Part shown: positions 9,020 through 16,345 of the stretch, in pieces
Layout of the letters: each line of letters starts with the position of its first letter
Numbering within the stretch: the stretch's first letter is position 1
Source: Candidatus Saccharimonadota bacterium
Lineage (GTDB): Bacteria; Patescibacteriota; Gracilibacteria; UBA4473
Reading direction: 5' to 3'
DNA length: 32,000 nucleotides
Assembly (NCBI GenBank): GCA_020632335.1
Contig: JACKFV010000001.1
Location: 210,001-242,000 of the forward strand
Program-made: the position numbers and the translations under genes
Notes under the pieces: generated by a model
Database searches by the model: none
What the model saw: the letters and a program-made list of their open reading frames with translations, nothing else
Told to the model about the DNA's origin: nothing

Positions 9020-9388
9020 CTACTGCGCGGTGGTAGTTGTGGTGTCGTCCATATCGTTCCTGTCATCAGCGTCCATCTCGTCCATATCGTCGTCATCCAT
9101 ATCATCCATGTCATTCATCGCGCTTTTTACGCTGTCTTCCACCTTCTCAGCGGCGTCCTCTGCGGTAGTAGCGATGTCATCAGCGGTCTCTACAATGGCA
9201 TCTTTAGCCGTAGTGGCACCATCTACGATGACATTTCCCGCGTCCTCCAGCACGTCACCCGTCATGTCTACGACATCTGTAGCGCCCGTTTTTACCGCAT
9301 CGGCGGTACGGTCCATAGCTTTCTCAGCACCACAACCAGCCAGTGATACCACGACCACCAGGCCCAGGAAAAGACGAAATGCGTTCAT
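9020..9388 (-). CDS. Highly acidic lipoprotein with a Asp/Met-rich tail
   Basis: Internal ATG 9388 gives 'MNAFRLFLGLVVVVSLAGC' (lipobox LAGC). The mature part is Ala/Asp/Thr/Val-rich helical repeats ending in 'DMDDMDDDDMDEMDADDRNDMDDTTTTTAQ'. Confidence 0.6.
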   Translation of the reverse strand: MNAFRLFLGLVVVVSLAGCGAEKAMDRTADAVKTGATDVVDMTGDVLEDAGNVIVDGATTAKDAIVETADDIATTAEDAAEKVEDSVKSAMNDMDDMDDDDMDEMDADDRNDMDDTTTTTAQ

Positions 9389-9472
9389 GTAATGGGGGAT
9401 TACCTTGCTGTCACCGTATAACAAACCGCAGACGTGGCAAGTGAATCTACTGCGAAACTCTCAAAAGATACA

Positions 9473-9502
9473 TTGACCAGTTGCGTTATATGATTGTATA
9501 GT
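9473..9502 (+). promoter_or_regulatory. Candidate sigma70-type promoter for the DHH-like gene
   Basis: TTGACC (9473-9478), an 18-nt spacer, then TATAGT (9497-9502), all inside an AT-rich divergent intergenic region. Confidence 0.3.
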
Positions 9503-9556
9503 ATATTAATACACACAAACACAGCGTTTTTTTCACGAGATACCCCCCAAAAAACC

Positions 9557-10846
9557 ATGAAACCACCCTTCAGCGCGATAGATTCTCTCATCACCCATGC
9601 CCGGAAGATCCTGCTCATTACCCCCGGGCAGCACGTGGGCGGCGGCGTCATGAGCGTGCTGGCGCTGCAGGCGGCGCTCCAGGGGCCAGAGAAGGAGCTG
9701 CTGGCGGTGAGTAGCGAGCAAATACCGCGCACACTCCAGCGGCTGATAGACGGCCAGCCACTGCAGACGGACCTCACGCAGGAGGGCGATTTTGTCCTCA
9801 CGCTCAGCACGCTGCGGGCACAGGTAGACCACATCCGCTACATCGTGAAGGACGACCACGTCGACATTCTCATCACGCCCAAGGAGGGACAATTCACCCC
9901 CGAGGACCTGCAGTACCGCGCCGCGCCAGGGCAGCTGGACCTCATCATCACCATCGGTTGCGCGAGCGTTACGCAGCTGGGGGAGGTGTTCCTCCAGCAC
10001 CCGGAGGTCTTTGCCACTACGCCGATCCTCAATATAGACACCAGCCCCAGTAACGAATACTACGGCCAGGTGAACTGGGTAGTGCCCGAGGCCGGCAGCG
10101 TCTGCGAGCTCATCACCCAGTACCTGTATAAGAAGCAGGCGCTGACCCCCGCCATCGCTACCGATCTCCTCACCGGGCTGCTGCTGGATACCGTGAGCTT
10201 CACGGCGGAGGAGACACGCCTGGGGAGCTTCCAGGTGGCGGAGGTGCTGCTGGAGGCCAAGGCCGACCACCGCTCTATCGTCAACGAGCTCTTCCTCACC
10301 AAGCCCATGAGCAGCATGAAGCTCTGGGGTAAGGCCTGCGAGAACCTGCAACTGGACCCCCACTATGGCATCGCGTGGACGAGCGTGAGCGAGGGGGAGC
10401 TTCGTAGTATATCGGCTACTCCGGAGGATATGGATATCTTCGGCGATGCGATATTGCGGTATATAGAGGACAGTGACGTGGGGGTGCTGAGCTTCCGGTA
10501 CGACGGGCTGACCACCGTGCATATCCGCCCGCTGCGCGCCCAGTACCCCCTGGCAGAGCTCTTCCCCTCGCCTGACTGGCAGGCCACCCCCGAGCGCTAT
10601 GGCCTATCGCTCACCAGCACGGCGCCGCTCGCCATCATGGAGGAACAGGTGCTGCGGGTACTCCAGACCCACCAGGCCGGTGCGCGTTCCCTCCCGGTAG
10701 AGGCTCCGCTAGAGTCGCTCCGCACGACCCCCCATGTGCCCCGTACAGGAGCCAGCAGGCACGCTGTAGAGCCGCACCATACCGGCAATAGCACCCCACA
10801 GAAGCCCACCGCCGTGCCCTTTATTGCTCCGCAGCAGGGGGAGTAA
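9557..10846 (+). CDS. DHH/DHHA1 (NrnA-like) phosphoesterase homolog with degenerate catalytic motifs
   Basis: 'ILLITPGQHVGGGVMSVLAL' aligns to DHH motifs I-II (HxxPDGDAxGSxLAL). 'ILNIDTSPSNEYYG' aligns to motif III (IDHHxxN). The Asp/His ligands are replaced in both. Start taken at ATG 9557 ('MKPPFSAID'), because the track start 9494 lies inside the putative promoter. Confidence 0.55.
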   Translation: MKPPFSAIDSLITHARKILLITPGQHVGGGVMSVLALQAALQGPEKELLAVSSEQIPRTLQRLIDGQPLQTDLTQEGDFVLTLSTLRAQVDHIRYIVKDDHVDILITPKEGQFTPEDLQYRAAPGQLDLIITIGCASVTQLGEVFLQHPEVFATTPILNIDTSPSNEYYGQVNWVVPEAGSVCELITQYLYKKQALTPAIATDLLTGLLLDTVSFTAEETRLGSFQVAEVLLEAKADHRSIVNELFLTKPMSSMKLWGKACENLQLDPHYGIAWTSVSEGELRSISATPEDMDIFGDAILRYIEDSDVGVLSFRYDGLTTVHIRPLRAQYPLAELFPSPDWQATPERYGLSLTSTAPLAIMEEQVLRVLQTHQAGARSLPVEAPLESLRTTPHVPRTGASRHAVEPHHTGNSTPQKPTAVPFIAPQQGE

Positions 10847-10861
10847 ACACCAAAAAGAGGG

Positions 10862-11578
10862 CTACAACAGCTGGTACTTCACTCGGGTAGTGCCCTTCTT
10901 ATGCTGCACCGCGCGGATCTCTATCTGCCCTATCTCCCCTGAGCGGGCCACATGCGTCCCCCCACAGCCGCAGCCATCGGCCGCATACCCGGCAAAGAAC
11001 ACCACCCGCGCCGACTTGCCCGGGGGGGCCATCATGCCCCGTTCAGCCGCCTGGGAGGGGGAGAGCTCCTCCACCACGAGAGGAATATCCGCCGCTACCA
11101 GCGCCTGCGCCTGCGCTGCTAGTATGCGCTGCCAGCTGCTGGGGTCCTCCAGCATGCCGTCATACTCCACATAGGGCCCCTCGGCAAAGTGATAGCCCTT
11201 CGTGGGGGTGAGCCCCGTAATGCCCGAGAGCCGCACGGCAAGGTCGATCAGGTGCCCCGCCGAGTGCAGCCGGGCATTCAGTTGCCTGCGCGGAGCCTCT
11301 ACCAGGAGCGTCACCGCATCACCAGCAGCTAGCATACCACGGGTAAACGTGCCATAGTGGTATACCTCGCCCTCTGGCGTCAGGCGGACATCATGCACGG
11401 CAAACTCCCCCGCAGACCCGGTGATGGTGCCGTGGTCCGCCGGCTGCCCGCCTCCCTGAGGGTAGAAGAGGGTCTGATCCAGGACGAGCGCTGTACCGTG
11501 AGTGGTCTGCTCACCGCGGAGGACAGTGGCGCTGGCGCGGTACTGGTAGGTATCAGCGAGGTAGAGAAGCGTTGTCAT
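10862..11578 (-). CDS. alaX: Alanyl-tRNA editing protein AlaX (free-standing AlaRS editing domain)
   Basis: 238 aa. The zinc motifs 'HSAGHLI' (HxxxH) and 'CGCGGTHV' (CxxxH) of the Ala/Thr-tRNA synthetase second additional domain are present. ATG verified. Confidence 0.85.
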   Translation of the reverse strand: MTTLLYLADTYQYRASATVLRGEQTTHGTALVLDQTLFYPQGGGQPADHGTITGSAGEFAVHDVRLTPEGEVYHYGTFTRGMLAAGDAVTLLVEAPRRQLNARLHSAGHLIDLAVRLSGITGLTPTKGYHFAEGPYVEYDGMLEDPSSWQRILAAQAQALVAADIPLVVEELSPSQAAERGMMAPPGKSARVVFFAGYAADGCGCGGTHVARSGEIGQIEIRAVQHKKGTTRVKYQLL

Positions 11579-11584
11579 ATGCCT

Positions 11585-11612
11585 ATGCTACTGCCCTGCG
11601 CGGTGCTGTCTC
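11585..11612 (-). promoter_or_regulatory. Candidate promoter placing the TSS at the alaX ATG
   Basis: Minus sense reads GAGACA-N16-TAGCAT, then 6 nt (AGGCAT), then ATG at 11578. Confidence 0.3.
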
Positions 11613-11624
11613 CCCACATTTCTC

Positions 11625-11652
11625 TTGTCATTTCTCTGAAACTCCCTAGTAT
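11625..11652 (+). promoter_or_regulatory. Candidate promoter for the DoxX gene
   Basis: TTGTCA (11625-11630)-N16-TAGTAT (11647-11652). The ATG is 21 nt further on. Confidence 0.3.
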
Positions 11653-11673
11653 GGCAGCACCTAATACCCCCTT

Positions 11674-12150
11674 ATGAAGTGTTCTTCTTCTTGTTGGAAT
11701 AGCCCCTCGGTACTCAATATGCTCTGCCGCGTGGGTGTCTTTGTACTGTTTTTCTTCCCCGGACTCCAGAAGATCCAGGACCCCAGTAGCTTCATCCCCA
11801 TGATAGAAGCCGGCTTTGGGCTCAGCGGAACCGTGGCGGTCATCGTGGCGTGGCTGGTTATCCTCGCAGAAGTCTTCGGCGGGTTGGCTATCTTGCTCGG
11901 CAAACTCGTACCACGCTCGCTCTACAAGTTCTCGGTCTTTGGGCTGCTACTCGTGAGCCTGGGGATCCTCTACCTGCAGACGGCCGACCCAGCCATGATG
12001 ATGATGTGGTCTACAACGCTGCTGATCATCCTCGTGCTGGTGGGGCTGCTCTTCAGCGCGCCGCTGTGCAGCATGGGCATCACCGGCTACAAGTGCACGC
12101 AGAGCGCCTGCAAAGCCACCGAGAAGGACGTTATCGTCATCGACGCCTAG
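11674..12150 (+). CDS. DoxX-family membrane protein
   Basis: 158 aa with four TM helices. 'LCRVGVFVLFFFPGLQKI...' and 'VAWLVILAEVFGGLAILLG' are typical of DoxX. ATG verified. Confidence 0.7.
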   Translation: MKCSSSCWNSPSVLNMLCRVGVFVLFFFPGLQKIQDPSSFIPMIEAGFGLSGTVAVIVAWLVILAEVFGGLAILLGKLVPRSLYKFSVFGLLLVSLGILYLQTADPAMMMMWSTTLLIILVLVGLLFSAPLCSMGITGYKCTQSACKATEKDVIVIDA

Positions 12151-12180
12151 GGGAATATACGCTTACTTCTGGTACATAAT

Positions 12181-12203
12181 AGGGGCCTCAGGCCCCTTTT
12201 TTT
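12181..12203 (+). terminator. Rho-independent terminator after the DoxX gene
   Basis: A-GGGGCC-TCA-GGCCCC-TTTTTTT: a perfect GC stem followed by a T7 run. Confidence 0.8.
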
Positions 12204-12208
12204 GACGG

Positions 12209-12236
12209 TTGACAGGGGGCCGCAACACAGTACAGT
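12209..12236 (+). promoter_or_regulatory. Candidate promoter for the FtsL-like/Jag gene pair
   Basis: TTGACA (12209-12214)-N16-TACAGT (12231-12236), immediately after the terminator. ATG at 12264. Confidence 0.35.
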
Positions 12237-12263
12237 GCAGGGAGTTAGCTCGCCCTACAGCGT

Positions 12264-12650
12264 ATGCACGCTCTTCAGGAGGATTCATCGTATTCGCCCC
12301 ATCAGGCCAGGCAGGTGCTCCGGCGCCGTCTGGTGGTGGCACGGCAGATACGCTGGGCGCAGCAGGGCATGAGCGCGCTGCTGCTTACCATCGTTGGGCT
12401 GATAGGTGCGGGGTATATCCTCAGCCTGAATGCACAGAATGTCGCGGGGTATTCCGTCAGCCAGCTGATGCGTGAGCAAGCCGACCTCAAGGCCGAGATC
12501 CACAGTCTGCAGGCCAAGATAGCCCGTGCCAGCGCGCATGATTTCGTCTCGCAGAGTCCTACCTCGGGTACAATGGTGCTGCAGGGGACGCCTAGTTTCC
12601 TCGTCTTGCAGCCCAGTTCGCTCGTGCAGGCCACTCCTTCTACTCCTTAA
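12264..12650 (+). CDS. FtsL/DivIC-like bitopic protein (single TM plus coiled coil); function inferred
   Basis: 128 aa with a basic N-terminus and TM 'ALLLTIVGLIGAGYILSL'. Then 'SQLMREQADLKAEIHSLQAKIARAS', a heptad-like coil as in septum-formation initiators. Confidence 0.45.
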   Translation: MHALQEDSSYSPHQARQVLRRRLVVARQIRWAQQGMSALLLTIVGLIGAGYILSLNAQNVAGYSVSQLMREQADLKAEIHSLQAKIARASAHDFVSQSPTSGTMVLQGTPSFLVLQPSSLVQATPSTP

Positions 12651-12656
12651 ATCCTC

Positions 12657-13106
12657 ATGGAAACCATTATCAAACGCACACTCACGCAGCTCCTGGACCT
12701 CTTTGGCGCTCCGTATGATGTCATCGGCGTGACCGATGAAGACGGCCACTACCGCGCGAATATAGAGACGGTTGACCCCGGGCAAATCATCGGGACGCGT
12801 GGGGGGGTGCTCCATGCGCTGGAGACGCTGCTGCAGCACTTCCTCTGGAAGGAGACGGGCGACCGGGTATTCTTCTCGCTCGACGTGGACAACTACCGCA
12901 AGCAGAAGGACGAGGAGCTGCTGGAGCGGATCCGGGAGAATATTACCTTCATGAAGGAGAACGGCCTGGCGGAATTTCAGCTGCGGCCCATGCGGCCCTA
13001 CCTCCGGCGGATTGTGCACCTGCATATTGCCTCCCACTACCCGGAGCTGACCACCGATTCCACCGGAGAGGGCCGTGACCGCGCGGTGAAGATCCTCTAC
13101 AAGTAG
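12657..13106 (+). CDS. Jag/KhpB-type RNA-binding protein (KH + R3H domains)
   Basis: 149 aa. The C-terminal 'LRPMRPYLRRIVHLHIASHYPELTTDSTGEGRDRAVKI' is an R3H domain, preceded by a KH-like 'IIGTRGGVLHALETLL'. Confidence 0.75.
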   Translation: METIIKRTLTQLLDLFGAPYDVIGVTDEDGHYRANIETVDPGQIIGTRGGVLHALETLLQHFLWKETGDRVFFSLDVDNYRKQKDEELLERIRENITFMKENGLAEFQLRPMRPYLRRIVHLHIASHYPELTTDSTGEGRDRAVKILYK

Positions 13107-13141
13107 ACCATCGGGAGACGCATAGACGCCCTGTTGTACTG

Positions 13142-14269
13142 CTAGAGCGCTTCTTGGTAGACCTGCCAGACCTGCTCAGCGCTCACATCCCAGCTGAAGT
13201 GCTGTAGCCGCTCTTGTCCCTTGGCCACCAGGGTGTTTTGTAGCGCCGTGTCACTGAGCAGTCGCTGGAGTTGCTGAGCGATATCCAGCGTGGAGGTGGG
13301 GTCACAGTAGAGGGCACTATCCTCACAGACCTCCGGCAAAGACGACGTATGGCTCACCAGCGTGGGCGTGCCACAGGCCAGCGCCTCCAGCGGCATGATG
13401 CCAAAGCCTTCGTAGAGGCTGGGGTGCACGTGCACCGTGGCCGCGGTATAGAGCGCAACGAGGTCTGTAAGCGGCACATGCCCCACGGTACGCACCTGCT
13501 CCTGCAGCTGCAGCTGAGCGATGGTATCGGGGACCTCGGGGTAGCGAGGGTTTGGCGTGCCGGTGATGACCAGCTGCACGTCGTGGTAGTCGGGGTGTGA
13601 GCGCAGCTTGGCAAAGGCACGCAGCAGCCGCGGGACATTCTTATGCTGGCTCCAGTTGCCTACATAGAGGAGAAACCGCCCCGGCAGGTCATAGCGCTCT
13701 CTTATGCGGGTCTGCTCGGCCAGAGGTGCGGGGGTGAATTCGGCTCCCACGGCGTTGTAGATCACCCGGATTTTCTCCTCCCGCACGCGGTACTGCGAAA
13801 GAATATCGCGCTTGGTACTCTCACTCACGGTGATGATCTGCCGGCTACCGTACGCCGCACGGGCTATCACACCGCTGTAGGCCAGGTACTGTAACCAGCT
13901 GAGGAGCGGGCTCCTGGTGGTGGACTTCTGAAAGAGGGTGATAATGAGGTCGTGGATGGTCACCACAAAGGGGCGCATATACCCCAGCGGCATATTGAAA
14001 TTGGTAAAGTGCATGAGGTCCAGCCGCTCCCGGTAGAGCTGCGCGAGGAAGCGGGTTTGCTCGGCCACGCTGTAGTAGGGCGTGTCTGCCAGCACCTTCT
14101 CTACCTGCGGCGGGAAGCTATATTGGCTGTACTGCGGCTGGTTCATAAAGAGTACCCAGGTGACGTCTGTATGCCGCTCTACCAGGCGGGTAATGATCTC
14201 GTGGTTCACCCGGCCGATGCCGGTGAAGGCATCACTGTACATGCGGGCGTCGATGCCAATGCGGATCAT
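13142..14269 (-). CDS. Glycosyltransferase family 4 (GT-B, RfaB-like)
   Basis: 375 aa. 'PSLYEGFGIMPLEALACGTPTLVS' is the GT4 E-x7-E region. ATG verified. Confidence 0.85.
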   Translation of the reverse strand: MIRIGIDARMYSDAFTGIGRVNHEIITRLVERHTDVTWVLFMNQPQYSQYSFPPQVEKVLADTPYYSVAEQTRFLAQLYRERLDLMHFTNFNMPLGYMRPFVVTIHDLIITLFQKSTTRSPLLSWLQYLAYSGVIARAAYGSRQIITVSESTKRDILSQYRVREEKIRVIYNAVGAEFTPAPLAEQTRIRERYDLPGRFLLYVGNWSQHKNVPRLLRAFAKLRSHPDYHDVQLVITGTPNPRYPEVPDTIAQLQLQEQVRTVGHVPLTDLVALYTAATVHVHPSLYEGFGIMPLEALACGTPTLVSHTSSLPEVCEDSALYCDPTSTLDIAQQLQRLLSDTALQNTLVAKGQERLQHFSWDVSAEQVWQVYQEAL

Positions 14270-14286
14270 GGGAGGGTATGCAGCTA

Positions 14287-16326
14287 CTATAACTCTAGCT
14301 CATAGACCTTCTCTTTGGTCAGTACATAGGCGCGCAGCCCAGACTCATTGACATAGAAGTCGCGTGCATCGGGGATATCAAAAAGCACCTGGCGCTTATA
14401 CGTCAGCGTATTGGCGTCCTTGCCGAAGAGGAGAATGCGCTGGTTCTCGGGGTCCAGCACATAGAGCAGGTCATGGTTATTGGTAGTGAAGATGCGCAGC
14501 CCCGCGCCACTCATGGCAATGCTGGGCAGATCGAGGATATCGAGATCTACGGCCTCACCACGCATGTACTTCTGGATCTCACCGTTGTCAGTGATGACAT
14601 AGATGCTCCCGTCGATGGCCATACTCACGGCCCGGGAGAGATCGCCGCGCGAGTCGATATTATAGGGTGATGCGGGGCCATACTGCGTGCGCAGGCGCTC
14701 GTACTTCCAGATCTGGTTCTCCACCGGGTCGAGGACGTAGATGTACTTATCCAGGTAGGTTTTGAGGTCGATACCGCGCTTCCAGGTGGTGTCCTCGGTA
14801 TCCATACGGGTGGCCACGCCGTCACGGTACTCGATGATACGGGGGGTGTCGGTCATCACCACGAGGGTCTTCTGGCCGTCTCGCCCGGCAATGGAGAGGA
14901 GATTCTCGTTCTCGGTCACGATGCCAGTAGCCGTGCCCACCACGCTCCGCAGCACCTCAAAGACCCCACGCCGCTCATAGACATAGAGCGCGTCGCCCAC
15001 CTGGGTCATGCCCAGGGCGTCTACGTTATCCGCCTTCAGTGATATATCCGCCATGATGCGCTGGCTGGCCTGCTCGGCATTCTCGACGCTCATGCGCTTC
15101 TCCTTCACCTCCTCGAGGATCTTGGTGGCGTCATAGCGGTAGACCTCGTTATTGGTACTGAGGATGGTTTTGGCCGCGTTCTCCGCCCGGGTGAGGTACT
15201 CGTTGGCCTCGTTACGCTTGCCCTCTAGCAGAAACCTGCCGGCCTGCGCGAGGGCCTCATAGCCGATTTCCTTCTGCAGCCGGAGTTCTGCGGTGCTCTC
15301 GCTCTCGGTGGGACTGACGCCCGTCAGGCTCCGCACCAGCAGTATGCTCCCGATGACTACCCCTATGACGATGAGCAGGTGCTTCGGGCGTATGCCATAG
15401 CGGTTAAGCAGGCGTATGAGCCCCTCCCTGGCCTGCTGCCAGGCTCCTCTGCCGCCACTACTGAGCTTCCCCAGCCAGTCGCGCTGGCCTGCTTTCCGCC
15501 GGCTACTGCGCGGGAACGTAGCGTGTATGGGCTGCACCGGGGGCACCATATGCGGCGTCTGGTCGTCCTCAGGGGGGTACTCCTGCACCTGCATAGCGCT
15601 CTCGGTGGCGGGGGGGAGGGTCTGGTGCTCGACGTCTCGGTGGAGGAAGCCAGCACTGCGCGCGTGCGTGTCATTCCGCGCGATGCCGATACAGGTCATG
15701 ATGATATCCTCTGGCGCGTGCAGCGTTAGCTCATGCCGCAGGTCACTCACCGCGGCCGTGAAGTCGCTCTGGCTGAGGGTGAGGCGCAACTGATTCGGCG
15801 TCAAGTAGCGCAACACCCGGGTGCTGGAGAAGAGAATGGCGTCACCCACCTGCACCGTCCCGCTGAGGATATGCTCGAACAGTTTGCCCCCGGTGCCCGC
15901 AGACTCGGTTATCTGGCTCAGGCTGTCCTCGCGCAGCAGGTAGGCCTCGGCAGTGCCCGACTGGCTGAGGTAGAGCTCGTAGAAGTCAAAGAGTGCGATG
16001 AGCGCGTTGGGAGGCTCGCTCAGGTGGGGCCGAAGTTTCTCGGCCTCGGTATTCACGGCGCGTAGGGCGTCCTCGAATCTGTCGTAGGTGCTGGTACCCG
16101 GCGACTCCTCATAGGCCGTGAGGAAGCTGTCGTAGAGCGTCTCGGCGATCTCCCTCTGCTGGTGTGACCCGGGCTGGAACTGCAGCAGCAGGTAGGCGCG
16201 CGTCCCCTCACCGATGACGTCGTGGAAGCTATAGCTGCGCGCGGCGCCGTTCTCGGTACTGGGGTTGGTCTCAAAGGTATGGGTGGCAAACGACATGCGT
16301 CTTTTGCTAGTAATCTTCCTCAGCAT
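14287..16326 (-). CDS. Large bitopic membrane protein: N-terminal PP2C-like (degenerate) domain, TM helix, coiled region, C-terminal beta-propeller-like repeats
   Basis: 679 aa. 'GTAEAYLLREDSLSQIT', 'GDAILFSSTRVLRYL' and 'EDIIMTCIGI' parallel PP2C motifs (GDSRxYLxR, GDxLLLCSDGL, DNITxxxx) but lack the Asp ligands. TM is 'LLIVIGVVIGSILLV'. The C-terminus repeats 'xYVLDPxxxxIxxF/Y'. ATG 16326 verified; an alternative ATG is at 16296. Confidence 0.55.
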   Translation of the reverse strand: MLRKITSKRRMSFATHTFETNPSTENGAARSYSFHDVIGEGTRAYLLLQFQPGSHQQREIAETLYDSFLTAYEESPGTSTYDRFEDALRAVNTEAEKLRPHLSEPPNALIALFDFYELYLSQSGTAEAYLLREDSLSQITESAGTGGKLFEHILSGTVQVGDAILFSSTRVLRYLTPNQLRLTLSQSDFTAAVSDLRHELTLHAPEDIIMTCIGIARNDTHARSAGFLHRDVEHQTLPPATESAMQVQEYPPEDDQTPHMVPPVQPIHATFPRSSRRKAGQRDWLGKLSSGGRGAWQQAREGLIRLLNRYGIRPKHLLIVIGVVIGSILLVRSLTGVSPTESESTAELRLQKEIGYEALAQAGRFLLEGKRNEANEYLTRAENAAKTILSTNNEVYRYDATKILEEVKEKRMSVENAEQASQRIMADISLKADNVDALGMTQVGDALYVYERRGVFEVLRSVVGTATGIVTENENLLSIAGRDGQKTLVVMTDTPRIIEYRDGVATRMDTEDTTWKRGIDLKTYLDKYIYVLDPVENQIWKYERLRTQYGPASPYNIDSRGDLSRAVSMAIDGSIYVITDNGEIQKYMRGEAVDLDILDLPSIAMSGAGLRIFTTNNHDLLYVLDPENQRILLFGKDANTLTYKRQVLFDIPDARDFYVNESGLRAYVLTKEKVYELEL

Positions 16327-16345
16327 AGCCAGCAGAGCTCAGCGG

